DNA from: an uncultured Methanomicrobiaceae archaeon
Lineage (GTDB): Archaea > Halobacteriota > Methanomicrobia > Methanomicrobiales > Methanoculleaceae
Reading direction: 5' to 3'
DNA: 64,000 bases
Assembly (NCBI GenBank): GCA_963826525.1
Contig: CAWGXH010000004.1
Coordinates: 544,001-608,000 of the forward strand
This document shows, piece by piece, positions 1 to 10,848 of this stretch. Within the stretch, counting starts at the first letter, position 1. Each line of letters starts with the position of its first letter. The position numbers and the translations under genes were made by a program. Under the pieces are notes generated by a model. The model saw nothing but the letters and a program-made list of their open reading frames with translations. It was not told where the DNA came from and did not search any database.

Positions 1-454
1 GTCGATGACGATCAGGCCGTAGACCTCCTTTTCGCCGAGCATCTGCTTTAAGGGTTCGAGCTCGAAGTTCGAGCTGCACCGGTACATATAGAGGTTGAGC
101 GGCTCGGGAGGTTCGACGATCTCGCACTGGAGATCAGTCCGGTCGCCGCCGGTACTGACCGTTCCGCAGAAGATGGCCATACCATTCTCCGGCGGGCGGT
201 TGAAGTACTTCAGCCGGGAGAGGATCGAGGAGATGGCACTCTGGACGTTGGTCCGGGTCTGTTTGCTCTTGATATTGGCACACTGCCCGAACTCGTCGCG
301 GAGCTGGGCGGTCACATCGTATATCTGTTTATCCGGGGGAATATAGAGAGTGATCGAGCTCGGTACCGCTCCCTTCCTTATCGCTGAGCCTCTCGAGCAT
401 CTTTTTGAATTCATAGCGCTTTCGCGCCGTATCCATCTCTTGCGCTTCGACCAT
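1..454 (-). CDS. prf1: Peptide chain release factor aRF1 (5' part; runs off window; apparent frameshift near 355)
   Basis: Manual translation MVEAQEMDTARKRYEFKKMLERLSDKEGSGTEL then, after one extra base, ITLYIPPDKQIYDV...CANIKSKQTR (NIKS motif) and YRCSSNF (YxC motif). Confidence 0.93.
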
Positions 455-489
455 TGAACGTTCACCAAGTTTCCAAGCTACAACTAAGG

Positions 490-1373
490 TCAACCCGCAG
501 GGGCATAAAACTGCGCACTTTCCGCTATCACAGAATTGTCCACCTCGCTAGAGATGCCGTGCGACCCGTTGAAGGCGGAAAACGCCTTCGGCTCCGCCGC
601 CCGCTCGAAGAGCGCTCTTCCGTCTTCGAAGGGAACGATCGGGTCGTTCTCCGCGTGGAAGATCCAGACCGGCCGCGGGGCGATACTTCCTACGGAGCGG
701 TCGGGGTCGATGCTCAGCAGGAACCGACGGGCGTCGCCCGTATACCGGTCTCCGGCAAGCCCGAACCCGGAGGTCGAGATCCCGATATACCCTGCAAAGG
801 CGGGATCGACTGCTGCGGCGACGGCGGCGTAGCGTCCCCCGTTTGAAGAGCCCATCGCGATGACGGGAACTCCTGTCCGGTCGGCGACGAATCTGCCGTG
901 CCGCTGATAGGTCGCTGACGATCCGATAGTACCTGCGGCCACTCGCCAGCGGCAAACCGCCGGTAATCCTGCTCGATATCGAGCGGCTCGCCCGGCGTAT
1001 CGCCACCGTTCCCGCGAATATCGACGACCAGGAATGCAATGCCCGACTCGGCATACCGGATAGCCCGCTCGCGGTGAGCTTCTGCGGGGACGCCTGCTCC
1101 CGGAGCGTAGACGATTCCCATGACCGGCCGGGCCGGCTCCGCAAGGAGGGCGTGGACATCCGTATCGCCATTCCGGAAGACGATGCTGCTGACGGTGACG
1201 TTGCCCCGCTCCTCGAGGACGCTCCCGGTCATGTCCGGCGGCGGCGTCGCAAGGGTGAGACGGCCGTCCCCGTCGACCGCGTAGGAGGGCTCCTCCGGCG
1301 CCGGGACGGCGAGGCAGCCCGCCGCGAGCAGCAGAAGGGCGACAAGGATGAAAAGAGGCCGCATGGCGATCAA
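490..1373 (-). CDS. Secreted/lipoprotein alpha/beta hydrolase (frameshifted near 930)
   Basis: ORFs 714..1373 and 490..942 join: signal peptide with AGC, D-x-RG-x-G, nucleophile GSSNGG, HAENDPIVP, C-terminal His. Confidence 0.75.
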
Positions 1374-1873
1374 TCCAGGCAGCGGTAGGCGAGGCAGATC
1401 GTCTTCGCGTCGACGATCTCCCCGTCCTCGATCATCCGGCGGACGTCGGCGATCGGCACCTTGACGACCTCGATCAGCTCGTCGTCGTCCATCCCGTACT
1501 CGTCGGAGGGAGTAAGGTCGCGGGCTTCATAGAGGTGGATCGTCTCGTCGGTGTACCCGGGCGACGGGTAGATGTACCCCTTCGGGATGAATGTCGCCGC
1601 CCTCATTCCTATCTCCTCGATGAGTTCCCGGTGGGCGGTCTCGCCCGGCGCTTCACCCTCGTCGATCGTCCCGGCCGGCACCTCGTAGATGTACCTGCCG
1701 ACGGCGAACCGGTACTGGCGGACGAGATAGCAGGAGTCACCCTCGACCGGGAGCATCGCGACCGCTCCGCCGGGATGGATCACCACGCGCTCTACCTCGC
1801 TGCCGTTCGGCAGGGCGACCTTCTTCTTCTCGACGGAAAGACGCTTGCCGCGGTAAATGTCCATCCGCATCAC
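1370..1873 (-). CDS. NUDIX hydrolase (ADP-ribose pyrophosphatase-like)
   Basis: Nudix box [24 protein letters not shown]; QYR and SPG motifs. Confidence 0.9.
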   Translation of the reverse strand: MMRMDIYRGKRLSVEKKKVALPNGSEVERVVIHPGGAVAMLPVEGDSCYLVRQYRFAVGRYIYEVPAGTIDEGEAPGETAHRELIEEIGMRAATFIPKGYIYPSPGYTDETIHLYEARDLTPSDEYGMDDDELIEVVKVPIADVRRMIEDGEIVDAKTICLAYRCLD

Positions 1874-2535
1874 TCCGCGTACTCGATAGGGTCGGTAAGG
1901 CCGAGCTCCTCGAACGCCGAACGGCGGAAGTGGCAGGAGTCGCAGACACCGCAGGCGATGTCGTTTTGCTGGTAGCAGGACCAGGTATGCTCGTAGGGAA
2001 CGCCGAGATTTCTACCCACCGTTATGATCTCGGCCTTCGTCATCTGCACGAACGGAGTTTCGAGCCGGATATGCGTCTCCGGCGATGTGCCGATATCCAC
2101 CGCCCGCTGGAACGCCTCGATGAACTCGGGGCGGCAGTCGGGGTAGCCGGAGTAGTCGCCGACCTGGACGCCGATGAAGATGGTGTCGGCACGGCGTGCC
2201 TCGGCAAGGCTGGTTGCTATCGCAAGGAGGTTGCCGTTCCGGAAGGGGACGTAGGTGCTCGGTATCCCGACGCGTCCCTCCTCGTACTCCTCGACCGCGA
2301 GGCTCCGGTCGGTCAGGCTCGAGGCGCCGATCTTCTTGAAGTGTTCGAGGCTGATCTCGACGAACTCCACGGCGCTTAAGAGACGGGCGATCTCCTTCGC
2401 ACATTCGCGCTCTTTCTCTTCGGTCCGCTGTCCGTAGGTGAAATGGAGGGCGACAATATCGTAGCCCATATCCTTTGCAAGGTAGGCAAGCGTCGTCGAG
2501 TCCATCCCGCCCGAGAGGAGACATACTGCTTTCAT
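1870..2535 (-). CDS. queC: 7-cyano-7-deazaguanine synthase
   Basis: SGGMDS, YVPFRN, YPDC, TWSCY and CGVCDSC motifs. Confidence 0.96.
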   Translation of the reverse strand: MKAVCLLSGGMDSTTLAYLAKDMGYDIVALHFTYGQRTEEKERECAKEIARLLSAVEFVEISLEHFKKIGASSLTDRSLAVEEYEEGRVGIPSTYVPFRNGNLLAIATSLAEARRADTIFIGVQVGDYSGYPDCRPEFIEAFQRAVDIGTSPETHIRLETPFVQMTKAEIITVGRNLGVPYEHTWSCYQQNDIACGVCDSCHFRRSAFEELGLTDPIEYAE

Positions 2536-3144
2536 TTATTTCACTCCGATAATCTTGTGCAGTTGGAGTTGGAACCTCACCGGGAGGTTCTGGTCGAGGA
2601 TGTACTGCGCGATGGCGAGATAGTCCGACCCCGTCACCGGGGATATAAAGATCTCACCCCGGATATCGTAGTGCGAGATGACCGCCTGCGCGTACCGGCA
2701 GTCGTCGATATCCGCCACCACGAACTTGACGGAGTCGCGGGGCGTTATATCCTTCAGCAGGTCGAGGTTGCTCTTCTCCCCCGAGGAGGGGCACTTGACG
2801 TCCATGCAGATAGCGGCGTACTTCTGCATATCCCGGAACTCGAGTGTTCCGTTCGTCTCGATCTCGACGCTGTAGCCGTGAACGTCGAACTTCTCGAGGA
2901 GTTCGAGGAGCGGTGCGCGCTGCAGCAGCGGTTCGCCCCCGGTGATACAGATATGGGTGCCGCAGAGCCGCCAGACGAGATCCAGAATCTCACCCGTGCT
3001 CAGCTCCTCACCCTCCGACCAGGCGTAGGCGGTGTCGCACCAGCTGCAGCGGAGGTTGCAGCCTGCGAGCCGGATGAAGATGCACGGCGAGCCCTGGCTC
3101 TTCCCCTCCCCCTGCAGACTCTTAAACAACTCAATGATTCTCAT
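2536..3144 (-). CDS. queE: 7-carboxy-7-deazaguanine synthase (radical SAM)
   Basis: SLQGEG, CNLRCSWCDT, TGGEP, ETNG, QLHK; start reassigned to MRIIELF. Confidence 0.93.
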   Translation of the reverse strand: MRIIELFKSLQGEGKSQGSPCIFIRLAGCNLRCSWCDTAYAWSEGEELSTGEILDLVWRLCGTHICITGGEPLLQRAPLLELLEKFDVHGYSVEIETNGTLEFRDMQKYAAICMDVKCPSSGEKSNLDLLKDITPRDSVKFVVADIDDCRYAQAVISHYDIRGEIFISPVTGSDYLAIAQYILDQNLPVRFQLQLHKIIGVK

Positions 3145-3544
3145 AGGTACACTCGGCATAGCAGCTCGTCGACTCCCAGATACGGATCTTCGCCACCCGT
3201 GCATCGAGGTTCTGCCGCATCGCTTCGGCATCGATCATCCCTGCCATCGTATCCGCGATCCGCTCGCTCGTCGGGTCGCCGGGCGTGGTGATGACCGGAT
3301 GGAACTGTTCGAGGCACGACACCATCGGGTCGTCCCTATTCAGGATGACCTGATGGTCAAATCCCGAGACGACCTGCTTGATACTGTTGTAGTCGATGAC
3401 GATCCCGGTGCGCTCATCTGCCGTCCCGTCCATCCATACCTGGACGCGCCACTGGTGCCCGTGAAGTCGGAAGCATTTCCCTGAATAGTGCATTAAGCGG
3501 TGGCTTGCTTCAAAAAAAACTTCCTTGTATATCCGGGTTTTCAT
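3131..3544 (-). CDS. queD: 6-carboxytetrahydropterin synthase
   Basis: FEASHRL, CFRLHGH, DH, PTSE, WES motifs; start MKTRIYK. Confidence 0.92.
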   Translation of the reverse strand: MKTRIYKEVFFEASHRLMHYSGKCFRLHGHQWRVQVWMDGTADERTGIVIDYNSIKQVVSGFDHQVILNRDDPMVSCLEQFHPVITTPGDPTSERIADTMAGMIDAEAMRQNLDARVAKIRIWESTSCYAECTYENH

Positions 3545-3717
3545 CACTGATGGTTGCCCGCCAGGATATAATATTATATCAGCTTCCCTCCAACTATGTG
3601 AGGGAAAGATCGGTGCGCCTTGGGGGTTCCACAATATATAAATCCGCAACGCGCGTTGTTTAATACCACATTGAGAGTTGTTCCTATACAAAAATTCAAT
3701 GCATCAGAGGGTATCCG

Positions 3718-4146
3718 ATGGGAAAAGGTAAATTTGCAGCCAGAAAAATGAAGCGCGACGCCAAGAACGGGCGCTGGCACGACACAAACTACGCACGCCG
3801 CCTGATGGGGCTCGACATTAAGTCCGATCCGCTCGAGGGAGCACCGCAGGGACGCGGGATCGTTCTCGAGAAGGTCGGTGTCGAGGCGAAACAGCCGAAC
3901 TCCGCAATCAGGAAGTGCGTCCGCGTACAGCTGATCAAGAACGGCCGACAGGTCACCGCATTCGCCGTCGGCGACGGTGCCATCAACTTCATCGACGAGC
4001 ACGACGAGGTCGAGATCGAGGGGATCGGCGGCAGACTCGGCCGGTCCATGGGCGATCTCCCGGGTGTCCGATTCGTCGTCACCAAGGTCAACAACGTCTG
4101 TCTCCACGAAATGGTCATCGGACGCAGGGAGAAGCCGCGGAGGTAA
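3718..4146 (+). CDS. rps12: 30S ribosomal protein S12 (uS12)
   Basis: [24 protein letters not shown]. Confidence 0.98.
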   Translation: MGKGKFAARKMKRDAKNGRWHDTNYARRLMGLDIKSDPLEGAPQGRGIVLEKVGVEAKQPNSAIRKCVRVQLIKNGRQVTAFAVGDGAINFIDEHDEVEIEGIGGRLGRSMGDLPGVRFVVTKVNNVCLHEMVIGRREKPRR

Positions 4147-4151
4147 ATACT

Positions 4152-4736
4152 ATGGCAGAAGAAGGTATCGAGGCAAAACAGTTGCTCTTCAACCGCTGGG
4201 ATCTCTCCGAGGTTGAGATTCACGATCCGAGTCTGGTGCGGTATGTCAACCTGCACTCCATGATCGTGCCGCACTCCTTCGGGAAGCTTGCGGGTCATCA
4301 GTTCAACAAGAGCAACATGCTGATCGTCGAGCGCCTCATCAACAAGCTGATGCAGACCGAGAACAACACCGGCAAGAAGGAACTTGCGATCCGGATCGTC
4401 AAGGACTCTTTCGAGATCATCAACAAGAAGACGAAGAAGAACCCGGTGCAGATCCTGGTCGACGCTGTCGCGAACACCGGACCTCGTGAGGAGAGCGTCC
4501 GCCTGAAGTACGGCGGTATTAACGTCCCGAAGTCCGTCGACACCGCTCCCCAGCGGCGTGTCGATGCCTCGCTGCGGTTCATCACGACCGGTGTGCACCA
4601 GGCGAGCTACAAGAAGAAGAAGAGCGTGAGCGAGGCACTCGCCGACGAGCTGATCTCGGCCGCAAACGGCGACACCCGCTCCTTCGCCGTCATGAAGAAG
4701 GAAGAAAAAGAGCGTATTGCAAAGGCAGCACGCTAA
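4152..4736 (+). CDS. rps7: 30S ribosomal protein S7 (uS7)
   Basis: [38 protein letters not shown]; true start is ATG 4152. Confidence 0.97.
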   Translation: MAEEGIEAKQLLFNRWDLSEVEIHDPSLVRYVNLHSMIVPHSFGKLAGHQFNKSNMLIVERLINKLMQTENNTGKKELAIRIVKDSFEIINKKTKKNPVQILVDAVANTGPREESVRLKYGGINVPKSVDTAPQRRVDASLRFITTGVHQASYKKKKSVSEALADELISAANGDTRSFAVMKKEEKERIAKAAR

Positions 4737-4767
4737 TTCAATCTCTATACTTTTTTAGGTGTAACAC

Positions 4768-6960
4768 ATGACCCGACGGAAGAAGATGGTAGAGAGAGTG
4801 ACGGAACTGATGGACAAGCCGGACCGTATCCGGAACATCGGTATCGTCGCCCACATTGATCACGGAAAGACAACCCTCTCGGACAACCTGCTCGCAGGTG
4901 CAGGGATGATCAGCGAGGAACTCGCAGGCAAGCAGCTCTTCATGGACTCCGACGCGGAGGAGCAGGCACGCGGTATCACCATCGATGCAAGCAACGTCTC
5001 GATGGTGCATACCTACGCCGGTCAGGAGTATCTCATCAACATGATCGATACCCCCGGCCACGTAGACTTCGGCGGTGACGTTACCCGTGCAATGCGTGCA
5101 GTGGACGGTGCCGTCGTCGTGGTGGACGCCGTCGAGGGCACCATGCCCCAGACCGAGACGGTGCTTCGCCAGGCACTCAAGGAGGGTGTCCGGCCGGTGC
5201 TCTTCATCAACAAGGTCGACCGGCTCGTCAACGAGCTCAAAGTCGACCAGCAGGAGATGCAGATCCGCCTCGGCAAGGTGATCGACAAGGTCAACAAGCT
5301 GATCAAGGGCATGAACGAGCAGCGGTACAACGAGGGCTGGAAGCTCGATGCCGCCAAGGGCACCGTTGCCTTCGGCTCCGCACTCTACAACTGGGCGGTC
5401 TCCGTTCCCTTCATGCAGAAGAGCGGCGTCTCGTTCAAGGATGTCTTTGAGAAGTGCAACTCAGGCGACATGAAGTGGCTCGGGAAGAACAGCCCTCTCT
5501 CCGAGGTTCTGCTCGACATGGTCGTCAAGCACCTGCCAAACCCCACCGACGCTCAGAAGCGGCGTATTCCCATCATCTGGCACGGTGACAAGGGGACAAC
5601 CGAGGGCAAGAGCATGATGAACTGTGACCCGAACGGCCCCGCCGCCCTGATGGTCACCGACATCTCCTTCGACCCCCACGCAGGCGAGGTCGCCACCGGC
5701 CGTCTCTTCTCGGGCACGCTCCGGCGCGGAACCGAGCTCTACGTGATGGGCACGGCAATGCGCGCAAACCGCCTCTCCCAGGTCGGCATCTTCATGGGTG
5801 CCGAGCGTATCGAGGTCGAGGAACTGCCTGCGGGCAACATCGCGGCAGTGACCGGCCTTAAGGACGCTATCGTCGGGTCGACCGTCTCCACGATGATGGA
5901 GATCACCCCGTTCGAGGCGCTGAAGCACTACTCCGAGCCGGTCATGACCGTCGCGGTCGAGGCCAAGAACATGAAGGATCTCCCGAAGCTCGTCGAGGTG
6001 CTCCGGCAGGTCGGGAAGGAAGACCCGACAGTGCAGGTCTCGATCAACGAGGAGACGGGCGAACACCTGATCGCCGGCATGGGTGAGCTGCACCTTGAGA
6101 TCATCACCGGTCGTATCAAGCGTGACAAGGGTGTCGATATCATCACCTCACCGCCGATCGTCGTCTACCGCGAGACCCCCACCCAGAAGGCTGGCCCGGT
6201 CGAAGGGAAGTCGCCGAACCGCCACAACCGGTTCTACATCGAGCTCGAGCCGATGGACCCTGCTATCGTCGACCTTATCCTGAAGGGCGAAGTCTCGATG
6301 AACCAGCAGGTTATCGAGCGGCGTGACATCCTCGTTGCCGCCGGTATGGAAAAGGACGAGGCGAAGAGTATCAAGGCTATCGAGGGCACCAACATGTTCA
6401 TCGATATGACCAAGGGTATTCAGTACCTCAACGAGACGATGGAACTTGTCCTCGACGGATGGCGCGAAGCGCTCCGGGGTGGCCCGCTCGCCGACGAGCA
6501 GGTGCAGAACCTCAAGATCCGGCTGCTGGATGTCAAGCTGCACGAGGACGCCATCCACCGCGGCCCGGCACAGGTCATCCCCGCCGTCCGAAGCGCGGTC
6601 AAGGCAGGTATCCTGTACGCAGGCGACTCGCTCCTCGAACCCATCCAGAAGATCCAGATCACCGTCCCCACCGAGCAGATGGGACCTGCGACATCGCAGA
6701 TCCAGGGACGGCGCGGACAGGTCTTTGATATGCAGAGCGACGGCGACACGATGACCGTCATCGGCAAGGCGCCTGTCGCCGAGCTCTTCGGCTTCGCCGG
6801 AGACGTCCGTTCCGCGACCGAAGGCCGTGCGATGTGGAGCACCGAGTTCGCCGGTTTCGAGGTCGTTCCCGGCGGTATCGTCGACGAGGTCGTCAAGGCC
6901 ATCCGCAAGCGCAAGGGTCTCAAGGAACAGATCCCGCGCCCCGAAGACTATCTGGCATAA
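4768..6960 (+). CDS. fusA: Archaeal elongation factor 2
   Basis: [33 protein letters not shown] diphthamide loop. Confidence 0.98.
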   Translation: MTRRKKMVERVTELMDKPDRIRNIGIVAHIDHGKTTLSDNLLAGAGMISEELAGKQLFMDSDAEEQARGITIDASNVSMVHTYAGQEYLINMIDTPGHVDFGGDVTRAMRAVDGAVVVVDAVEGTMPQTETVLRQALKEGVRPVLFINKVDRLVNELKVDQQEMQIRLGKVIDKVNKLIKGMNEQRYNEGWKLDAAKGTVAFGSALYNWAVSVPFMQKSGVSFKDVFEKCNSGDMKWLGKNSPLSEVLLDMVVKHLPNPTDAQKRRIPIIWHGDKGTTEGKSMMNCDPNGPAALMVTDISFDPHAGEVATGRLFSGTLRRGTELYVMGTAMRANRLSQVGIFMGAERIEVEELPAGNIAAVTGLKDAIVGSTVSTMMEITPFEALKHYSEPVMTVAVEAKNMKDLPKLVEVLRQVGKEDPTVQVSINEETGEHLIAGMGELHLEIITGRIKRDKGVDIITSPPIVVYRETPTQKAGPVEGKSPNRHNRFYIELEPMDPAIVDLILKGEVSMNQQVIERRDILVAAGMEKDEAKSIKAIEGTNMFIDMTKGIQYLNETMELVLDGWREALRGGPLADEQVQNLKIRLLDVKLHEDAIHRGPAQVIPAVRSAVKAGILYAGDSLLEPIQKIQITVPTEQMGPATSQIQGRRGQVFDMQSDGDTMTVIGKAPVAELFGFAGDVRSATEGRAMWSTEFAGFEVVPGGIVDEVVKAIRKRKGLKEQIPRPEDYLA

Positions 6961-6977
6961 TCCATACGAATACCCTC

Positions 6978-6993
6978 TGTTTTTCTTTTTTTC
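6978..6993 (+). terminator. Oligo-T tract, probable archaeal terminator
   Basis: T-rich run about 20 nt after the EF-2 stop. Confidence 0.45.
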
Positions 6994-7164
6994 GACCAGA
7001 GACAACTCTTCGTCGCCCGGGCCATTCACGGTTCCCCGATAACCCGACTTTAAAGCCCATTCCGTCTCCCGGAGCACCCCGCACGTCCATCCGACAGGAG
7101 ATGGCAATATGCTTATATCCGGAGAGATTGAGTCCGATAGAGAAGTATTCCGGAAGGTGACATA

Positions 7165-7516
7165 GTGGCCTGGAAATTCGGCGAGATCAAGTTACGGGGT
7201 GAAAAAGTACAGGCACGACGTCTACGTCCACGTCGACGGCAGCGTTACGAAGAGGAATAAGGGCGTTTCAAAGCACCTGAAAGCAGAGTACGGCCATACA
7301 CCGCTGACCGATCGGGAACTTACGTTTCTCCGGGACGAAGGACCGGAGGTCGTCTACATCGGCACCGGCTTTAGCGGGCAGCTCCCGATCACCTATGCAG
7401 CAAAGCGGATCCTCGACGGCTTCGACGTGATCATGATGCCGACGACGGACGAACTCAAAAAGGCGCTGAAGAAAGAAGAACGAAAGTACGCGGCCGTCAT
7501 CCACGTGACGCGCTGA
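7165..7516 (+). CDS. Mth938/NDUFAF3-like protein (probable frameshift in A-run near 7205)
   Basis: WKFGEI upstream joins YRHDV...PEVVYIGTG...IHVT. Confidence 0.7.
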
Positions 7517-7727
7517 GCGCGCATCCCGAGCGCGGGAGAGTCCCGACGGGGCACGAATCCGCCTGGAGCACGGAGGCGGTCCGAGGAGAGGTAAATCTGT
7601 TTTTTGCTCCCATGCTCCCGGTCACCGCGATGCATGCGGGCATCCTCCTGACAGGAGGGTTTTTTCTCCCCTATCCCTAACCTGCAGAGCGATGCTCCTC
7701 CTTCCGGAAAAAGGGCATCCGGGGCCT

Positions 7728-10387
7728 TTAGTGGAGCACTTCAAACCCGGGGATGCCGAGGATATGTTTTGCGAGGTACATCGCATCGGCCATCGTGGCC
7801 GAACCGTCGTCGCTCACGTCGCCGACATTCTCGTGCATCGTCTCAAACCCGGTCATCCCGAGGCTGTGGCGGGCGATGTAGATGGCGTCGTAGAGGGTGA
7901 CCCGGTTATCTTCGTTCGCATCGCCGTTTTTGATGACCGTCAGGGAGATGGTACCGGTGGCGTTGGAATGGTCGTTTCCGTCCTTTCCGTTCACCCCGAG
8001 TGCGAACGGCTGGTATGCGCCGTCCACAAACGGCGAGGCGACGGTACTCGTGACGTTCTTCATCCACGTTCCGTTCCCGGCAGAGAGCATCGGTGCGGCA
8101 TCGGCACCCCCGATGGCGGAGAGGTCGATCGTGACCGCTGCAACCCCGGCCGCATCGGATACGGCGGCGTGCAGGACCGAGGTTTCAGAGAGGCCGGGAA
8201 GACCGTCGGTGTCGGTGGGGATGTATGCGGGCGAAGCAGCCTCATCCCTGAATCCCCCGGCAGGCAATGCCGGCTTCCCGGTGACCGAGTACCCGCTCAT
8301 CGCCTTGTCGGAAGTGAGGGCGTTCGTCCAGGCAACCATGTCGTCGCCGTTGTTGGAGTTCTTGCAGTATCCGTAGACGCTAAAGGCCGCAAATGTCTCC
8401 AGGTTCTCGAAGGTGTAGTTGATCCGCACCGCTCCCCGGTTCTCGAGGTCTCCGTTCGGTCGGAGGACGCCGGCGTTGAGATCGATGAACATCAGATGGA
8501 AGGTGTTCCCGGCATCGGTCAGGTCCTGGCCTGCGATAGATGGGGTAATCCAAACTCGTTTCCGGTCGGTTTCCAGATCTGCGGGCCGTAGATGAAGTCT
8601 TTCTTCGTGAAGGTTTCGCTCGAGGGAGACGGGCTGATACGTCACGTTGTCAAGAGACGGGGGCTGGTTGCTCAGCGGGTTCGGCGTCCAGGTGTAGCCG
8701 TCGGAGTGACATGGAGTGCAAAATCATCAGGGATTGTCCCGTTCACGGCGACCATCAGGATGATCTCGTCCTCGTAGCCCTTGCCGCCCGAGTCGGTCGC
8801 ATAGAAGGTGCCGCTCTGGTTTTCAGAGACCGTCACCTGGCCGAAGTTCACGGCTGGGTCGGTGGAGATATGCAGAGCGTTGAGACCGCGGTCGTAGCCT
8901 TCGAACCTGACGTTGTAGGTGTTGTTCCCGAAGGCGTTGTACGTTCACGCTGGCGTCGTTGGCGACGTTGAAGAAGATGTTGTTGTAGTCGGGTAGGACG
9001 GAAGGCCCGGTCGGCTCAGTTACGGTGAGGTAGTCGGTCTTCACCACGGAGTCGCTCCCTCCTTCACCGGTAACGGTCAGGTTCACCGGGTAGGTAGCGG
9101 CTGTGGTGTAGGTGTAGGTCGGATTCTGCTCGGTGCTGTCGACGACGCCGTCGTTCTCGAAGTCCCAGGCCCAGGCCGTTGGTGTTCCGCTGGACAGGGT
9201 GCTGTCGACGACACCGTCATTCTCGAAGTCCCAGGCCCAAGAGGTCGGGCTGCCGGTCGAAGCGTCGGTGAAGGCAACGGAGCGGTGCTTCACCGGCGGT
9301 GACGTTCGCGGTAAAGTTCGCAATCGGTGCGTGGCGGTGTATAGGGCACCCCGGTGACCGAGTAGCCGCTGGAACCGATGCCCGAAACCCGGTTCGTCCA
9401 GGAGATCCCCTGTCCCTGGTTCGCCGCGAGGCACCAGCCGTAGCCGTTGAAAGCCGCGGCGGTGGTCAGGTTGGTGAACGTGAACTCGACCTTCGCCCCG
9501 CCGCTATCGGTCAGGGTCGCGCCCGAGAACTTGCTTGGATACATATTCCCGACGTTCAGGTCGACGAACATCAGGTAGGACTCTGCCGACTGGTCGGCGA
9601 CGTCCTGGCCGTAGGAGAGCGGCAGGGAAGGAACCACGAGATCGCCGGGACCCGGTTTCCAGGTCTGCGGCCCGTAGATGAAGTCTTCCTTGGTGAAGGT
9701 CTCGTCGACTGCCCCTTCGGTGTAGGTGTACTCCGTCGGTGCCGCGTTTACCGTCGACGACGGTGTCCAGGTATAGCCGCTCGAGGTGATATGGAGGGCG
9801 AAATCGTCCGGGATCGTTCCGTTCACCGAGACCAGGAGGATGATGTCGTCGTCGAATCCGCGTCCTCCGGTATTGGTGAACCAGAACGCACCCGACTGCT
9901 CGTCGTCGGCGGTGACCTGCCCGGCCGGAACGTTCACATCGTTTGTGATGTGGAGTTCGTTCAGGCCGCCGCCGTCTGCCTTGATGTAGTAGGTGTTGTT
10001 CGGGCCGCTGTAGGTTGCACCGTCGAGGTTGAACTTCACCCCGGCATCGTTGGCGACGTCAAAGAAGATATGTCTGGGTGCGGGGAGCGGCTCGGGGCTG
10101 GTGGAGGTGGCATAGGTGTATGCACCGAGGTCGTCGTACTCCGGCACCTGTTCGGTCGCTGCCGGTATCACATCCTCCTCGGTCGGAGTTGGTTCAGGTA
10201 GGACGGTACTCTCCAGACCAGGGTCCTGGAGGGGCTCCTGCGGAAGCCCGGCAGCCGTTTCGGTTGTGTTTAACGGCAGGTCGGTACCCAGCGCCACCGC
10301 CGGCACGGCGATGATCGCGAGGACCAGCAGCAGGACGGTCAGCCGTCTCTGCAGAACTTTGCTTTGAATACGCTCATCTTCTCTCAT
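7728..10387 (-). CDS. Secreted surface protein: domain X - PKD - domain X - Ig-like - C-terminal dockerin-like (several frameshifts)
   Basis: ORFs 9290..10474, 8823..9434 and 7728..8645 are colinear pieces; start MREDERIQSK with hydrophobic signal; WDFENDG PKD motif; duplicated GDANEDNRVT/GDVSDDGSAT motif. Confidence 0.75.
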
Positions 10388-10591
10388 ACAACAACTCCTT
10401 TCGCCGTACAGGATGCCCGAAGAACTCTTCTCCGGAACCGGCATTCCAAGTGCCTGCATTCGCAGAGACGCCATCAGAGGAATGCACTAACTCTGAATGG
10501 GAGAGTATAAGGTCGTTGTGAATTTGGGAGATTTTAAATACGTTAATTTAATGAAGGCATCATGTCTGAAAAGTTAATGATAAAATTAACT
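10388..10591 (-). promoter_or_regulatory. Conserved promoter/leader copy 1 (TATA 10506-10511; TTAA-N10-TTAA 10534-10551; AGTTAA-N8-TTAACT 10572-10591)
   Basis: Closely similar to 21581-21784 and recognisably similar to 33416-33605. Confidence 0.75.
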
Positions 10592-10848
10592 CCCCTGGCT
10601 CTCACCGCCCTACGGCGCTCCGGTATCCGACCGATCCTCCGCCTAGAGGTGACAGGTTTTTCCCTCTCCGACCCTCGTCACCAGTGATGCATGCGGACAT
10701 CCTGAATATCGAGGTGACAATTGCCACGCAGGGAGGGGAGGAAAGCCTCCCAGGAGACGCTTCCCACAGCCCATTTCCGGAAATGCCGCAGAGAACATGG
10801 GCAAAATGCCGGAAGCATGATCACTGAAAAAACAGGAAGAGAAGAGGG

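Noticed and set aside
325-365. Frameshift early in the release factor gene, recalling the programmed +1 shift of bacterial prfB
   Set aside because: No CTT-TGA slippery stop at the shift point, and similar single-base indels affect many unrelated genes here, so a sequencing error is far more likely. Raw reads would settle it.
1870-3544. queDEC as a 7-deazaguanine DNA-modification (dpd) system
   Set aside because: No dpdA/TGT-like gene nearby; the housekeeping context fits preQ0 supply for tRNA archaeosine.
10388-10474. In-frame N-terminal extensions or uORFs in the conserved leaders
   Set aside because: The extensions differ in peptide between the three copies; protein similarity starts only at MRE.
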